This document shows, piece by piece, positions 48,816 through 57,852 of a DNA stretch of 64,000 bases. A program made the position numbers and the translations under genes. The stretch is from a bacterium. Its GTDB lineage: Bacteria > Patescibacteriota > Microgenomatia > UBA12405. How positions within the stretch are numbered: position 1 is the first letter of the stretch; every line of letters begins with the position of its first letter. The stretch lies in the NCBI GenBank assembly GCA_021817905.1, contig JAKAFM010000002.1, forward strand, positions 3,807 through 67,806, read 5' to 3'. The notes beneath the pieces were generated by a model, which worked only from the letters and a program-made list of their open reading frames with translations, ran no database searches and was not told the origin of the DNA.

Positions 48816-50816
48816 TCAGATTGTTTCGATCTCTCTAATTCGATCTCTAATCTTAATAGCTTCTTCAAAGTTCATATCAGCGGCCAGGGTACGCATTTCC
48901 CGGCGCAGCTTGGAAATATGGGTTTTACGTTGAGGCGGAGTTAACGATGAGGGGTCAATAGACAGCAATGGTTCTTGAGCTTTTTCAATTTCCGGATTTT
49001 CGATAATCTTTGGACGGATAGATTTGATTATAGTTTGAGGAGTGATACCGTGTTTTTCGTTGTAGGCTAGCTGCAAAGTCCGACGGCGATTGACTTCGGC
49101 AATGGCTGCTTTCATAGCCGGTGAAACAATGTCAGCATAAAGAATAACTTGGCCACTAACATGGCGCGAAGCTCGACCCATAATTTGGATGAGGGAAGAT
49201 CGGGAGCGTAAAAAACCTTGTTGGCCGGCGTCAAGAATAGCGACTAAACTAACCTCGGGTAAATCAAGTCCTTCCCGCAAAAGATTGATACCGACTAAAA
49301 CGTCATAATTGCCGTTGCGTAAATTATCAAGAATAGTGGAACGCTCGAGAGTGTCGATGTCGGAATGGAGATAGGCAACTTTAAAAGGGGTAGCAGTGTT
49401 AAGCGGATTGGCTAAATATTCGGATAATTCTTCGGCCATACGTTTGGTAATGGTTACTACTAGGACGCGTTCTTTTTTATCAACCCGTTTTTTAATTTCG
49501 GCTATCAGATCTGGAATTTGATTATTGGTTTGATGAATGGTTATTGGTGGGTCAACCAGACCAGTTGGCCGAATTAATTGTTCAATAACCTGTTCTTGAG
49601 ATTCTTTTATTTCGTAGTCATTGGGGGTGGCAGAAACATAAATGACATTGCTAATTTTATTGTAAAACTCATCATATTTAAGAGGGCGATTATCAAAAGC
49701 TGAAGGTAAGCGAAATCCATAATCGACTAATGTTTGCTTGCGAGCTAGATCCCCGGCATACATGCCTCTAATTTGGGGGACAGAAACATGAGACTCATCA
49801 ATAATAGTCAAGAAATTATCGCCCCACAAATGGCGAAAATAATCCACTAGTGTATAAGGCGGATCACCGGGTTGCCGATTTTGTTCAAAATAGATTGAAT
49901 AATTCTCAATACCGTTAATGTAACCTACCTCTTGGAGCATCTCTAAATCATATTCAACTCTTTGTTCAAGTCGGTAGGCTTCCAGCATTTTACCTTTGGC
50001 CTTAAAGTCGGCAATGCTTTTTTCCTTATCGGCGCGAATTTTCTCAAAAATTTGTTGTTGATCGGGACCATTACCACTGACATACTGTTTGGCGGGAAAC
50101 AGGGTGAAATGGGTTTCAACAAATTCTTTACCGGTCATGGGATGACGTTGGATTATTTTTTTGATTTGATCATTTTCGATATCTAAAACAACAATCCAAT
50201 CTTGATAGGCAGGCCATATCTCGATAGTTTCTCCCCTGACCCGAAAAGTTCCCCGTTTAAATTCCATATCGGAACGGGTGTAGAAAAGGCTAACTATATT
50301 TTCCAGTAATTTGCGACGATTCCAAATTTGATTAATTTCAAAGTTAATGATTTTGCCACTAAATTCAATTGGGTCACCGATGTTATAAATACAACTTACC
50401 GAGGCAACAATAATATTGTCAGGTCCAGAGAATAAATTTGAAGTAGCTTCCAGCCGAAGCTTGTCGATTAAATCGTTGATATCAACCTCCTTGGCGATAT
50501 AAGTGTCAGTTGAGGGAATATAGGCTTCAGGTTGATAGTAATCATAGTAGGAAACAAAATATGAGACCTTGTTGGTAGGAAAAAGTTCTTTAAATTCCTG
50601 ATAGAGTTGACCAGCGAGGGTTTTGTTGTGGGAGATGACTAACGTTGGTAATTGGGTATTTTGGATAATGTTGGCAATAGTAAAAGTCTTGCCTGATCCA
50701 GTGACCCCGAGAAGAGTTTGGTGATGGTGGCCATCTTTAATACCGTCGGTTAATTTGGCGATAGCTTGGGGTTGATCACCAGCAGGTTGATAAGATGAAT
50801 TGAGGACGAAAGGCAT
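48816..50816 (-). CDS. uvrB: Excinuclease ABC subunit B
   Basis: It has Walker A GVTGSGKT and helicase motifs, and ends with a UVR motif (IRDRIREIE). Confidence 0.95.
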   Translation of the reverse strand: MPFVLNSSYQPAGDQPQAIAKLTDGIKDGHHHQTLLGVTGSGKTFTIANIIQNTQLPTLVISHNKTLAGQLYQEFKELFPTNKVSYFVSYYDYYQPEAYIPSTDTYIAKEVDINDLIDKLRLEATSNLFSGPDNIIVASVSCIYNIGDPIEFSGKIINFEINQIWNRRKLLENIVSLFYTRSDMEFKRGTFRVRGETIEIWPAYQDWIVVLDIENDQIKKIIQRHPMTGKEFVETHFTLFPAKQYVSGNGPDQQQIFEKIRADKEKSIADFKAKGKMLEAYRLEQRVEYDLEMLQEVGYINGIENYSIYFEQNRQPGDPPYTLVDYFRHLWGDNFLTIIDESHVSVPQIRGMYAGDLARKQTLVDYGFRLPSAFDNRPLKYDEFYNKISNVIYVSATPNDYEIKESQEQVIEQLIRPTGLVDPPITIHQTNNQIPDLIAEIKKRVDKKERVLVVTITKRMAEELSEYLANPLNTATPFKVAYLHSDIDTLERSTILDNLRNGNYDVLVGINLLREGLDLPEVSLVAILDAGQQGFLRSRSSLIQIMGRASRHVSGQVILYADIVSPAMKAAIAEVNRRRTLQLAYNEKHGITPQTIIKSIRPKIIENPEIEKAQEPLLSIDPSSLTPPQRKTHISKLRREMRTLAADMNFEEAIKIRDRIREIETI

Positions 50817-50855
50817 GATATTTATTATAGCAAGTCTTCGGCTTTTATTTGGGTA

Positions 50856-51098
50856 TTAGATTGGAGAAACAACAATACGTCGAACTCTAACACTATGAAG
50901 ATGAAGATCCGGACCAACGTGTCGAACACGATATAGGGCTTCAGGAACTTCGGTATTATTTGGGTCAGTAACAATACTAATTCTTTGGCCTGGTTTTAAT
51001 TTTCCTTCAATTGTCGTAGTAGCAGTACCGGATTCGCCATTAGTGTTTAAAACACCTTCAATCATGGTGAGATGTGTTTCATAATTTTTATTTCTCAC
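50856..51098 (-). CDS. Hypothetical small protein (GTG start, may be spurious)
   Basis: An 80-aa ORF upstream of uvrB. No motif. Confidence 0.2.
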   Translation of the reverse strand: MRNKNYETHLTMIEGVLNTNGESGTATTTIEGKLKPGQRISIVTDPNNTEVPEALYRVRHVGPDLHLHSVRVRRIVVSPI

Positions 51099-51169
51099 AC
51101 TTTAGCTTAGCACCATGAGAATAGTGATGCAAACAACTTGCATACTTTTAATTTGTGTTAGAGTGAAGT

Positions 51170-52243
51170 GTGCTATCAAAAGTGAGATCAATGGTTAGTT
51201 TAGGGCTAGAACCTACCGAGGTTGAGATTGAAGCTAATGTGGCCGAGAAAGGTTTTCCAGGATTTACAATTGTCGGGTTAGTTAGTAAGGCTAGTGAAGA
51301 ATCAAAAGAACGGATCAAGACGGCGTTGATTAATTCAGATATCGAATTTCCAAATGCAAAAATTACGGTTAATTTGGCTCCGGCAGATATTTCTAAAGAT
51401 GGACCTTATTATGATTTGCCAATTGCGATTGGCATTTTAGCATCTATCGGAGAAATACCTAGTCCAACTGAAGAGGCATATTATTATGGAGAATTATCAC
51501 TTGATGGTAGCCTGCGACACAGCAAAGGTGTTTTCCTGTTAGCATTATTAGCTAAAGAAAAAGGAGTTAAGTCAATTTATGTCCCCCGAACATCTGCCAA
51601 TGAAGGTAGCGTAATTGATGGAATTAACGTTTATCCTGTTGATACCATTAAAAATCTAATTCGCCATCTGAAGGGTGAAAAACGCATTATTCCTCTTACT
51701 TATGTTTCAACCGAAGACAGTTTATCGTCGATCGATCCGGAATTTGATTTTTCGGAAATTTATGGCCAGGAAACAGCCAAAAGAGCTTTGGAAATTGCAG
51801 CCGCTGGCGGACATAACATTTTAATGATCGGTAGCCCCGGTTCCGGGAAAACCATGCTGTCGCGGGCATTACCGGGAATTTTGCCGTCACTTTCAGAAAA
51901 AGAAAGTCTGGAAGTCACCAAAATTTTTTCGATAACTGGAAATATTCCTCCGGGAGGTTCATTAGTTAAGCACCGACCATTTCGTAGCCCACACCACACC
52001 ACATCACAAGTGGGATTAATTGGTGGTGGCTCGAATCCAAGACCTGGTGAGGTATCGTTGGCTCATCGAGGGGTTTTGTTTTTGGATGAATTTCCGGAAT
52101 TTAGTCGCGGAAGTCTCGAGGCGCTACGTCAACCAATGGAAGATGGTAAGGTGCTAATTTCGCGGGCAGCCGGGTCGGTGCAATTTCCTGCCCAGTTTAT
52201 GTTGGTGGCTGCGGCAAACCCATGCCCGTGTGGGTTAACATAG
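51170..52243 (+). CDS. comM: YifB/ComM-family Mg-chelatase-like AAA+ ATPase, C-terminally truncated (probable pseudogene)
   Basis: A Lon-like N-terminal domain is present, with Walker A GSPGSGKT, Walker [11 protein letters not shown] and sensor [10 protein letters not shown] stop follows directly, and the ~150-aa C-terminal part (SGPLLDRxDL plus the Mg_chelatase_C domain) is missing. Confidence 0.7.
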   Translation: MLSKVRSMVSLGLEPTEVEIEANVAEKGFPGFTIVGLVSKASEESKERIKTALINSDIEFPNAKITVNLAPADISKDGPYYDLPIAIGILASIGEIPSPTEEAYYYGELSLDGSLRHSKGVFLLALLAKEKGVKSIYVPRTSANEGSVIDGINVYPVDTIKNLIRHLKGEKRIIPLTYVSTEDSLSSIDPEFDFSEIYGQETAKRALEIAAAGGHNILMIGSPGSGKTMLSRALPGILPSLSEKESLEVTKIFSITGNIPPGGSLVKHRPFRSPHHTTSQVGLIGGGSNPRPGEVSLAHRGVLFLDEFPEFSRGSLEALRQPMEDGKVLISRAAGSVQFPAQFMLVAAANPCPCGLT

Positions 52244-52306
52244 TTTATAGATAGTTAGGTGGCATGGCAGGTTTGTTACATTTAGGAAATAGAAAATACG
52301 ACTATA

Positions 52307-52552
52307 TCACTTTTCACTGATTTTTTTGATCAAATAAAAGGGAAAAGATAGGATAGCAAAAAATATGATTATTAATATAAACATCAACGGAAAATATATA
52401 ATTCCCTCTAATCCCGCTTGTTTATATCCAAGCCCCGCACATATCGTTAAACCAACTACCCCATAAGCTTTAAGATTTCGTCCTATTACTTCTTTCATCT
52501 GCTCGGAATACCAGTAATAAAAGCCCTTTTTGGTTGTTGGTGATTGAATCAT
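52307..52552 (-). CDS. Hypothetical small membrane protein
   Basis: 81 aa with two TM helices. It could be a spurious ORF on decayed DNA. Confidence 0.25.
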   Translation of the reverse strand: MIQSPTTKKGFYYWYSEQMKEVIGRNLKAYGVVGLTICAGLGYKQAGLEGIIYFPLMFILIIIFFAILSFPFYLIKKISEK

Positions 52553-52619
52553 TTCCTAAATCTTATCACCGCCCAAAAAGTAATTAGTTGGAGGTCGATA
52601 AGGATAAGGTAGTTAGACA

Positions 52620-52826
52620 TTATGGTTCTAAAACATTTTCACTTTGTTGAAGTGACCGATCAACCGAGCCAGGGCTGAAATGGACGACTCCAAAATAAGC
52701 CAGTATAAATAAAGTAATCATAAGAAGTGGTGGGACGATTAAGGCAATAAGAAGATATAAACCATAGTTTTTGTCGTTACTCTGTTCTGATTCATAATCG
52801 TAATATCCTTTATCCGGATCAGCCAT
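52620..52826 (-). CDS. Hypothetical small membrane protein
   Basis: 68 aa with one TM helix. Confidence 0.25.
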   Translation of the reverse strand: MADPDKGYYDYESEQSNDKNYGLYLLIALIVPPLLMITLFILAYFGVVHFSPGSVDRSLQQSENVLEP

Positions 52827-53070
52827 ATTGTTTTGATGTGAGTATTATAATTGTTAATGCCAGTAGTAACCAGAAACAGGTAGAAATTAATAAAGTATTA
52901 GGCGCATCAAGCATCATTTCACCAGCTAAACTTCCCTTTTTAATTATTTTTGTTGGGTAGTAATCCATAAGGTAATGAAATATGCCGAGAAGGAGATTGT
53001 AAAGCAATATCAATATTGTAAAAAAACCAATTACAGGTTGGATAAAAAACATATCTATTATTTCCAACAT
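52819..53070 (-). CDS. Hypothetical small membrane protein
   Basis: 83 aa with two TM helices. Confidence 0.25.
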   Translation of the reverse strand: MLEIIDMFFIQPVIGFFTILILLYNLLLGIFHYLMDYYPTKIIKKGSLAGEMMLDAPNTLLISTCFWLLLALTIIILTSKQYG

Positions 53071-53215
53071 AAGTGAATCATACCACCATTTCTCAAAACC
53101 GGCGGACGGTGGTGATCATATGATCAAACCTTCTCCTGGTCGCCAGTTTAGTGGTTAGATAGTTTCTTAGGGTTGTAGGTTTAGCCTTTGTTTTCTGTCC
53201 AGCCAGCCCTCGTCT

Positions 53216-53545
53216 GTGCGGGAGTGGGTGGGGCCGATCACCTCGAGTCAATCAGCCGGAAATCATTGGTTGCTGCAAAATAATAAAGCAATACTTGTAA
53301 CCTGTAGTAGTGATATATTGGATATTAATGAGTCGTCAAATGGTAATCAACTCAATTTATGGACTGATTATAACCAGGAGGAACTTATTATTGCCAAAGC
53401 GTTAGAGGCTGAGGCGTTATCGCTTGATGATTTGGTAAAGATTATTAAAAAGGACGTAGTTAGCCTGAGCAGTACCCTTGGTTTGATGACACTTAAAGGA
53501 TGGATTGTGGAATCTCAGGGGATGTTTCGACTTATCAAAAAATAA
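53216..53545 (+). pseudogene. dprA: DprA (Smf) C-terminal fragment: end of the Rossmann domain plus the winged-helix domain. The N-terminal ~200 aa are missing.
   Basis: REWVGPITSSQSAGNHWLLQNNKAILVTCSSDIL aligns with the conserved DprA segment REVFAVPGSI..S.G.N.LI..GA.LV.S..DIL. The C-terminus ALSLDDLVKIIKKDVVSLSSTLGLMTLKGWI is DprA-WH-like. The frame is closed by a TAG at 53168 and the ORF starts with GTG. Confidence 0.5.
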
Positions 53546-53609
53546 ACGATCAGAAGAGAAGCGGGGTAGAGGGACAAACCGCCTACTCCATATCTCTCTT
53601 CTGATCGTT
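53545..53609. terminator. Long hairpin (15-16-bp stem, ~33-nt loop) between convergent genes. Read on the minus strand it is followed by a T-rich tract.
   Basis: AACGATCAGAAGAGAA at 53545-53560 pairs with TCTCTTCTGATCGTT at 53595-53609. On the minus strand TTATTTTTTG follows. Confidence 0.45.
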
Positions 53610-53643
53610 AATATATATATTATATCCTATAACTATTGTTATG

Positions 53644-55293
53644 TCAAGCTTTTGTTTCTAGATCGACAATGCGACGAATGACGGCGCTGGTAGCAGCATA
53701 GGTAGGTTCAATGCCACGGGTAATAAGTGGAGTATCCCCCAAGGTTTGGACTAGTGGGTTGTCAGAGGCATAATTGATAATGCCAATTTCAAATGGAGTT
53801 TGGTTAATGTCGTAATTACCATCAAAAACGGACTGATCAGGATGTAAAAACTGATACATTGCGGCCAGATATGAACCTGATTCCATTTCAATAACGTTGT
53901 AGCCTCTGGCTAGATAGTTTTCCATTTGGCGACGATTTTCCAAATAGGTACCATGAAGAGAGAGGGCTTTTTGAGATTCGTGTGTTTTGACACCTGGTGT
54001 AGAAACCGGAAAGTGGTTAAAACAGTTGTCGAAGGAAAAAGTGGAGGCGGTTTTTTCATCAAGAACTACCCGCGGTATTTGTATATCTCCAATATTACCA
54101 TTAAGGATGGCTGCTTTACCTATAATATAGACACCTTTAACTTGTCGAAAAGTATTAAAAAAAGTTTTCAGTAAATAGAAGGCAGCTTGACCAAGTGGGT
54201 ATTCAATATTGATAATAATTGCGTTACTTTTTTTAAGTACATCAAGTGGTAGGTTATTAAGTAACGGGTCGGGATAAGCAAAATTAGGAATAGCATTGAG
54301 TGGGATAATTTGGGTTGAAGTGTCAAATGGACCTGTAGAGACAATCCGGCGTATTCCCTTTTCGGATTCCATTTGATCCCGAATTCGAATTTCATCGGGA
54401 TGATTATCTAAATATATTTTTGAAAGGTAATAGACAAGATCGTAGACACGGGTAGGATCATTATTGAGTTTGATATTTAACCATTGTTGATAAAGTTGGG
54501 GATAGTTTCCTTCGATGTAGTTAAAAACACGTGATTCAATCTGCCAAACATAGCCAGATATTAGATTTGTTAAGCTGTGGGTATTGGATGAGACGAAATA
54601 AACGGGAGTATTAAAGAGATCAAAGTAAAGCGATTCCCGCTGAAGTTGATCGACCCAAACTTTAAAACCCCAACTATAATCCACATCACTATTTGTAAGT
54701 TGGACTGACATTCCCGGATGGATACCCCATGAAGATAAACCCATCCTCCAATCATCTCCCATCAATCCCTTGAGTATGGAAAATTCCTCGGCATTTATCC
54801 CAAAGAGGTTGATTAATTCTGTCTCGTCGTATTGTTTCCGTTGTTTTTTTAAACATTCGTTGATTTTTTTTGTTTCAATTTCAATAGCAACAAGGGCATT
54901 AACAATATCGTCGATATCTGAGTCGGAAGTGATAACCAATACAAGGGTTCGACTAATGGAGTTGTAAAAACATAAACGTCGACGATTTTGGGCTTTAACT
55001 TTTTTCCAAACGTGAGAATTAGGTAAAATTAGTTGAAGTTGTTTTTCATCTTTTACCATAACCACCTGACTGGTATCACGTAATTCTTGGGGAAAACGAG
55101 TTAATGCATAATTAAGAGTGGCGACGTCAAGCCACGGTTCGGAGAGGCGGTGGTGAAGTGAAGGCATCATGGCCCGGTAAGTCGGAATAAAGTCAGAAAC
55201 ATTAACGACTTTGCCAGTTTTAAGGGCGTCGTAATACGTTCGCATGTGCGATTTAATGGAATCTTCGACGGCAAATATAAGTGGAGTTTCCAT
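53644..55293 (-). CDS. Hypothetical 549-aa protein with a C-terminal PNP/UDP-phosphorylase-fold (AMP-nucleosidase-like) domain
   Basis: In the C-terminal ~230 aa, GKAAILNGNIGD and NVIEMESGSYLAAM resemble the AMP nucleosidase and MTA nucleosidase catalytic core (the xEMES motif). The N-terminal ~320 aa are unassigned. Confidence 0.4.
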   Translation of the reverse strand: METPLIFAVEDSIKSHMRTYYDALKTGKVVNVSDFIPTYRAMMPSLHHRLSEPWLDVATLNYALTRFPQELRDTSQVVMVKDEKQLQLILPNSHVWKKVKAQNRRRLCFYNSISRTLVLVITSDSDIDDIVNALVAIEIETKKINECLKKQRKQYDETELINLFGINAEEFSILKGLMGDDWRMGLSSWGIHPGMSVQLTNSDVDYSWGFKVWVDQLQRESLYFDLFNTPVYFVSSNTHSLTNLISGYVWQIESRVFNYIEGNYPQLYQQWLNIKLNNDPTRVYDLVYYLSKIYLDNHPDEIRIRDQMESEKGIRRIVSTGPFDTSTQIIPLNAIPNFAYPDPLLNNLPLDVLKKSNAIIINIEYPLGQAAFYLLKTFFNTFRQVKGVYIIGKAAILNGNIGDIQIPRVVLDEKTASTFSFDNCFNHFPVSTPGVKTHESQKALSLHGTYLENRRQMENYLARGYNVIEMESGSYLAAMYQFLHPDQSVFDGNYDINQTPFEIGIINYASDNPLVQTLGDTPLITRGIEPTYAATSAVIRRIVDLETKA

Positions 55294-55295
55294 AA

Positions 55296-56435
55296 TTAAA
55301 GATAAGGAGTCCAGTCTGCGATCGGTGCAGTATTACCAATGACAAAATTTATGGCGTAAAGGAGAATAGCTGGAATTATAATAATTAAAGCAAAACGAAA
55401 AGCCTTAGTTTTAAGATGCGGCGCAAAGGCTAAAAAGAGAAAGGGATAGATAGGAGCAACGTAGCGACTAATGTCTCGATGGGCAACAAAAAGTGAGGCT
55501 GTTAAAAAAAGTATCGGAAAAATTGAGAGTATGTTCCATTTATATTTACCCCATAATCGGGCGCAACCATAAAGTCCCAAAAAAAAGATGTAAATGATAT
55601 CTTCAAGCCAAATGCCATTAACCCACGATTGGGAACTTATCAAAGATGTGAAAGGAAGAAGAGTTAAGTGGATATTATCACCACTATGAAAATAGGCGAA
55701 GAAATCACCGGTTTGAAGGTAATAAACATAAAATATTCCTAAACCGACCAATGGAACAAGCAAAAATGGAGCATATTTTTTAGCGACTAATGCAAATGCT
55801 TTTTTCTCGCCGATTAATTCGTATAAAGCCAGCAAATAGTAGCTGCCGACCAGAATAATACCCGGACTCTTGATTAATTGAACAGCAACGGCGGCTAATG
55901 CTGCCAAAAGGTATTTTCGTTGACGGAAAAAGATGATTGACCAGAGGCAAAAACCGACAAACAAGGTTTCGGGGGCTCCAATTTGGTGAAGAATAAACCA
56001 ACGACCAGGAAAAATAGTAAAAGCGGCGGTTAGGAAATAGGCATTTTTTTGGTTAATAATTTCTGATGCCAGCTTAAAAAAGGCAAAATTGACGATCAAG
56101 GTGCCAATAAGAGTGACCAAGAGCATCGCCACCGGTCCAGGGAGCAAAAGATTAAAAAGACTAATTAAGGCTGGATACCCTGGAAGATGAGCGGGGTAAT
56201 ATTCAAGTTTATTGGGAAGCGAAAAGTGGGTGCGGATGCAGTCTTTTACATAACCACATTTGGCGACGACCATATAGTTTGGGCCATCATAGTTGGCAAA
56301 AATTGTTTTAAGGGTAACATTGGGGTAACCAATCTTGGCAGGCAGGTTAAGGTGAAAAATTCCCCAAAAGGCAAAGCTAGGAATAACCGAAATTAGAAAA
56401 ATGATGAAATAAGCCCGAAATTTGTTACAATTCAT
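55296..56435 (-). CDS. Polytopic membrane protein (possible GT-C-like glycosyltransferase)
   Basis: 379 aa with ~10 TM helices and the motif YDGPNYMVVAKCGY. Confidence 0.35.
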   Translation of the reverse strand: MNCNKFRAYFIIFLISVIPSFAFWGIFHLNLPAKIGYPNVTLKTIFANYDGPNYMVVAKCGYVKDCIRTHFSLPNKLEYYPAHLPGYPALISLFNLLLPGPVAMLLVTLIGTLIVNFAFFKLASEIINQKNAYFLTAAFTIFPGRWFILHQIGAPETLFVGFCLWSIIFFRQRKYLLAALAAVAVQLIKSPGIILVGSYYLLALYELIGEKKAFALVAKKYAPFLLVPLVGLGIFYVYYLQTGDFFAYFHSGDNIHLTLLPFTSLISSQSWVNGIWLEDIIYIFFLGLYGCARLWGKYKWNILSIFPILFLTASLFVAHRDISRYVAPIYPFLFLAFAPHLKTKAFRFALIIIIPAILLYAINFVIGNTAPIADWTPYL

Positions 56436-56457
56436 TACCTTATTCTACCCACACTAA

Positions 56458-56533
56458 GGCTCCATCGTCTAGTGGCCTAGGACGGCAGGTTCTCATCCTG
56501 TTAACCGGGGTTCAAATCCCCGTGGAGTCACCA
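56458..56533 (+). tRNA. tRNA-Glu (anticodon CUC) with encoded CCA
   Basis: A cloverleaf can be drawn. The acceptor stem is GGCTCCA/TGGAGTC, the D-arm is TCGTCTAGTGGCCTAGGAC (near-identical to E. coli tRNA-Glu), the anticodon loop is TTCTCAT, the T-arm is GGGGTTCAAATCCCC, and a CCA terminus is present. Confidence 0.9.
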
Positions 56534-56557
56534 AACGTTTATGTAACGGGTAATTAG

Positions 56558-57331
56558 CTACTTTTTAACTATAAATTCAGTAATAAGCTTCTTTTCAGTC
56601 TCGCCGACAACATAGGCTTTGACATTACAATATTTTTCGATCCCGGAATTGATTAGTTTTTCTTTAAGTAATTCGTCAACCTGAAAAAGCCCTGATGAAT
56701 TATTCATGGAAATGATTATTTCGATAGGGGTATCGTTATTGTCTTCAATTTCTACTTTATTGATAGCATAGGCTGAAAGTGAGTGAATATTGACTTCACC
56801 CTGTTCAAAAGGAATACGGGAACGACCTTCGGACATATCTAAAGCGTCAGCAACACGCATAATGCCGGCTTCAACCGTCTTTGGTTTACCATCGTCGCGG
56901 TGGTTTATGATGGCATGCTGGGTTTCTCCAATAATAATTATTTTTTCTCGGATAGGAAGAAAATCTAAAACTTGATCCATAACGCGCATACTCAAGAAAA
57001 GAGAATATTCTTCATGGCCACGACGGTTAATCATCATTCCCAAATCGTGAAAAAGTGAAGCCAGGACAACTACAACTTCGGCATGGTGGTTGGTTAAACC
57101 GAAATCTTTGACAATCCCCATTTCGACATGGTGTTTTTCTAATATTCGGCACATACGCAGTGCTCCATTGGCAACAATTTGAAAGTGAACCGGTCCATGG
57201 TCGGACCACCCCATTCGCTTAACCGCATTAGTATTAGTCATTTCCCACATGGTGGAGATTTCTTCGTTAGAGTTGACATTATTAATGACTTGTTCAAGCA
57301 AGTGATTATTGCCACACGGTATATTGATCAT
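56558..57331 (-). CDS. HD-superfamily metal-dependent phosphohydrolase
   Basis: HGPVHF...H...LFHDLG is the HD motif. Confidence 0.6.
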   Translation of the reverse strand: MINIPCGNNHLLEQVINNVNSNEEISTMWEMTNTNAVKRMGWSDHGPVHFQIVANGALRMCRILEKHHVEMGIVKDFGLTNHHAEVVVVLASLFHDLGMMINRRGHEEYSLFLSMRVMDQVLDFLPIREKIIIIGETQHAIINHRDDGKPKTVEAGIMRVADALDMSEGRSRIPFEQGEVNIHSLSAYAINKVEIEDNNDTPIEIIISMNNSSGLFQVDELLKEKLINSGIEKYCNVKAYVVGETEKKLITEFIVKK

Positions 57332-57352
57332 GGGTAGTATTGTAGCAAATCC

Positions 57353-57808
57353 TTAAAAGGGCATTGAATCAGGAATGATGATGTCTTCAATCTTTTCGCC
57401 ACCCTGATCTTCTTTGGGATTATCAGTAGTTGGTGAACGATCTTGGCCGGGTAATTCGGGAATATCCCCTGAACTGCGACGATCAGTAAAGGGAATTACG
57501 GTCTCAGCGACAATTTCGCTAATATAGCGCTTAGTGCCATCCTTACCTTCATATTGACGATTATCAATACGGCCAACAATAGAAACTTTGGTTCCCTTTT
57601 TGACGGCATTGGAAATAAATTCTGCCTGTTTTCCCCAGACAATTATGTTATGAAAAGTAGGAATATCGGTCCATTGATCCCCTTTTTTAACGGAATGATT
57701 GGTGGCAACGCCAAAACTACAGACAGCGGAGCCACTCGGTGTGTATTTTAATTCCGGATCACGAGTAACGTTGCCGGTGATAATCGCCATGTTAATACTA
57801 AATGCCAT
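57353..57808 (-). CDS. ssb: Single-stranded DNA-binding protein
   Basis: It has an OB fold (ITGNVTRDPELKYTPSG...WTDIPTFHNIIVWGK), a disordered Gly/Pro-rich tail and an acidic C-terminus DIIIPDSMPF. Confidence 0.85.
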   Translation of the reverse strand: MAFSINMAIITGNVTRDPELKYTPSGSAVCSFGVATNHSVKKGDQWTDIPTFHNIIVWGKQAEFISNAVKKGTKVSIVGRIDNRQYEGKDGTKRYISEIVAETVIPFTDRRSSGDIPELPGQDRSPTTDNPKEDQGGEKIEDIIIPDSMPF

Positions 57809-57852
57809 GTGTTTTTAATTAAATAAATAAAGTATGTTTAATTATACCGCGA

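Noticed and set aside
52307-53070. Three small minus-strand membrane-protein ORFs read as a possible real small-protein operon or mobile insertion.
   Set aside because: They are not rejected outright. They are hydrophobic, AT-rich ORFs lying in the space where the missing comM C-terminus and dprA N-terminus would have been, so they may be artefacts on decayed DNA. They are kept as low-confidence features.
56436-56557. tRNA-Glu as an integration site for a genomic island. The flanking region contains a coiled-coil peptidase, ssb and HD genes.
   Set aside because: There is no integrase or recombinase, and no visible direct repeat of the tRNA 3' end nearby. The flanking genes are ordinary housekeeping genes.
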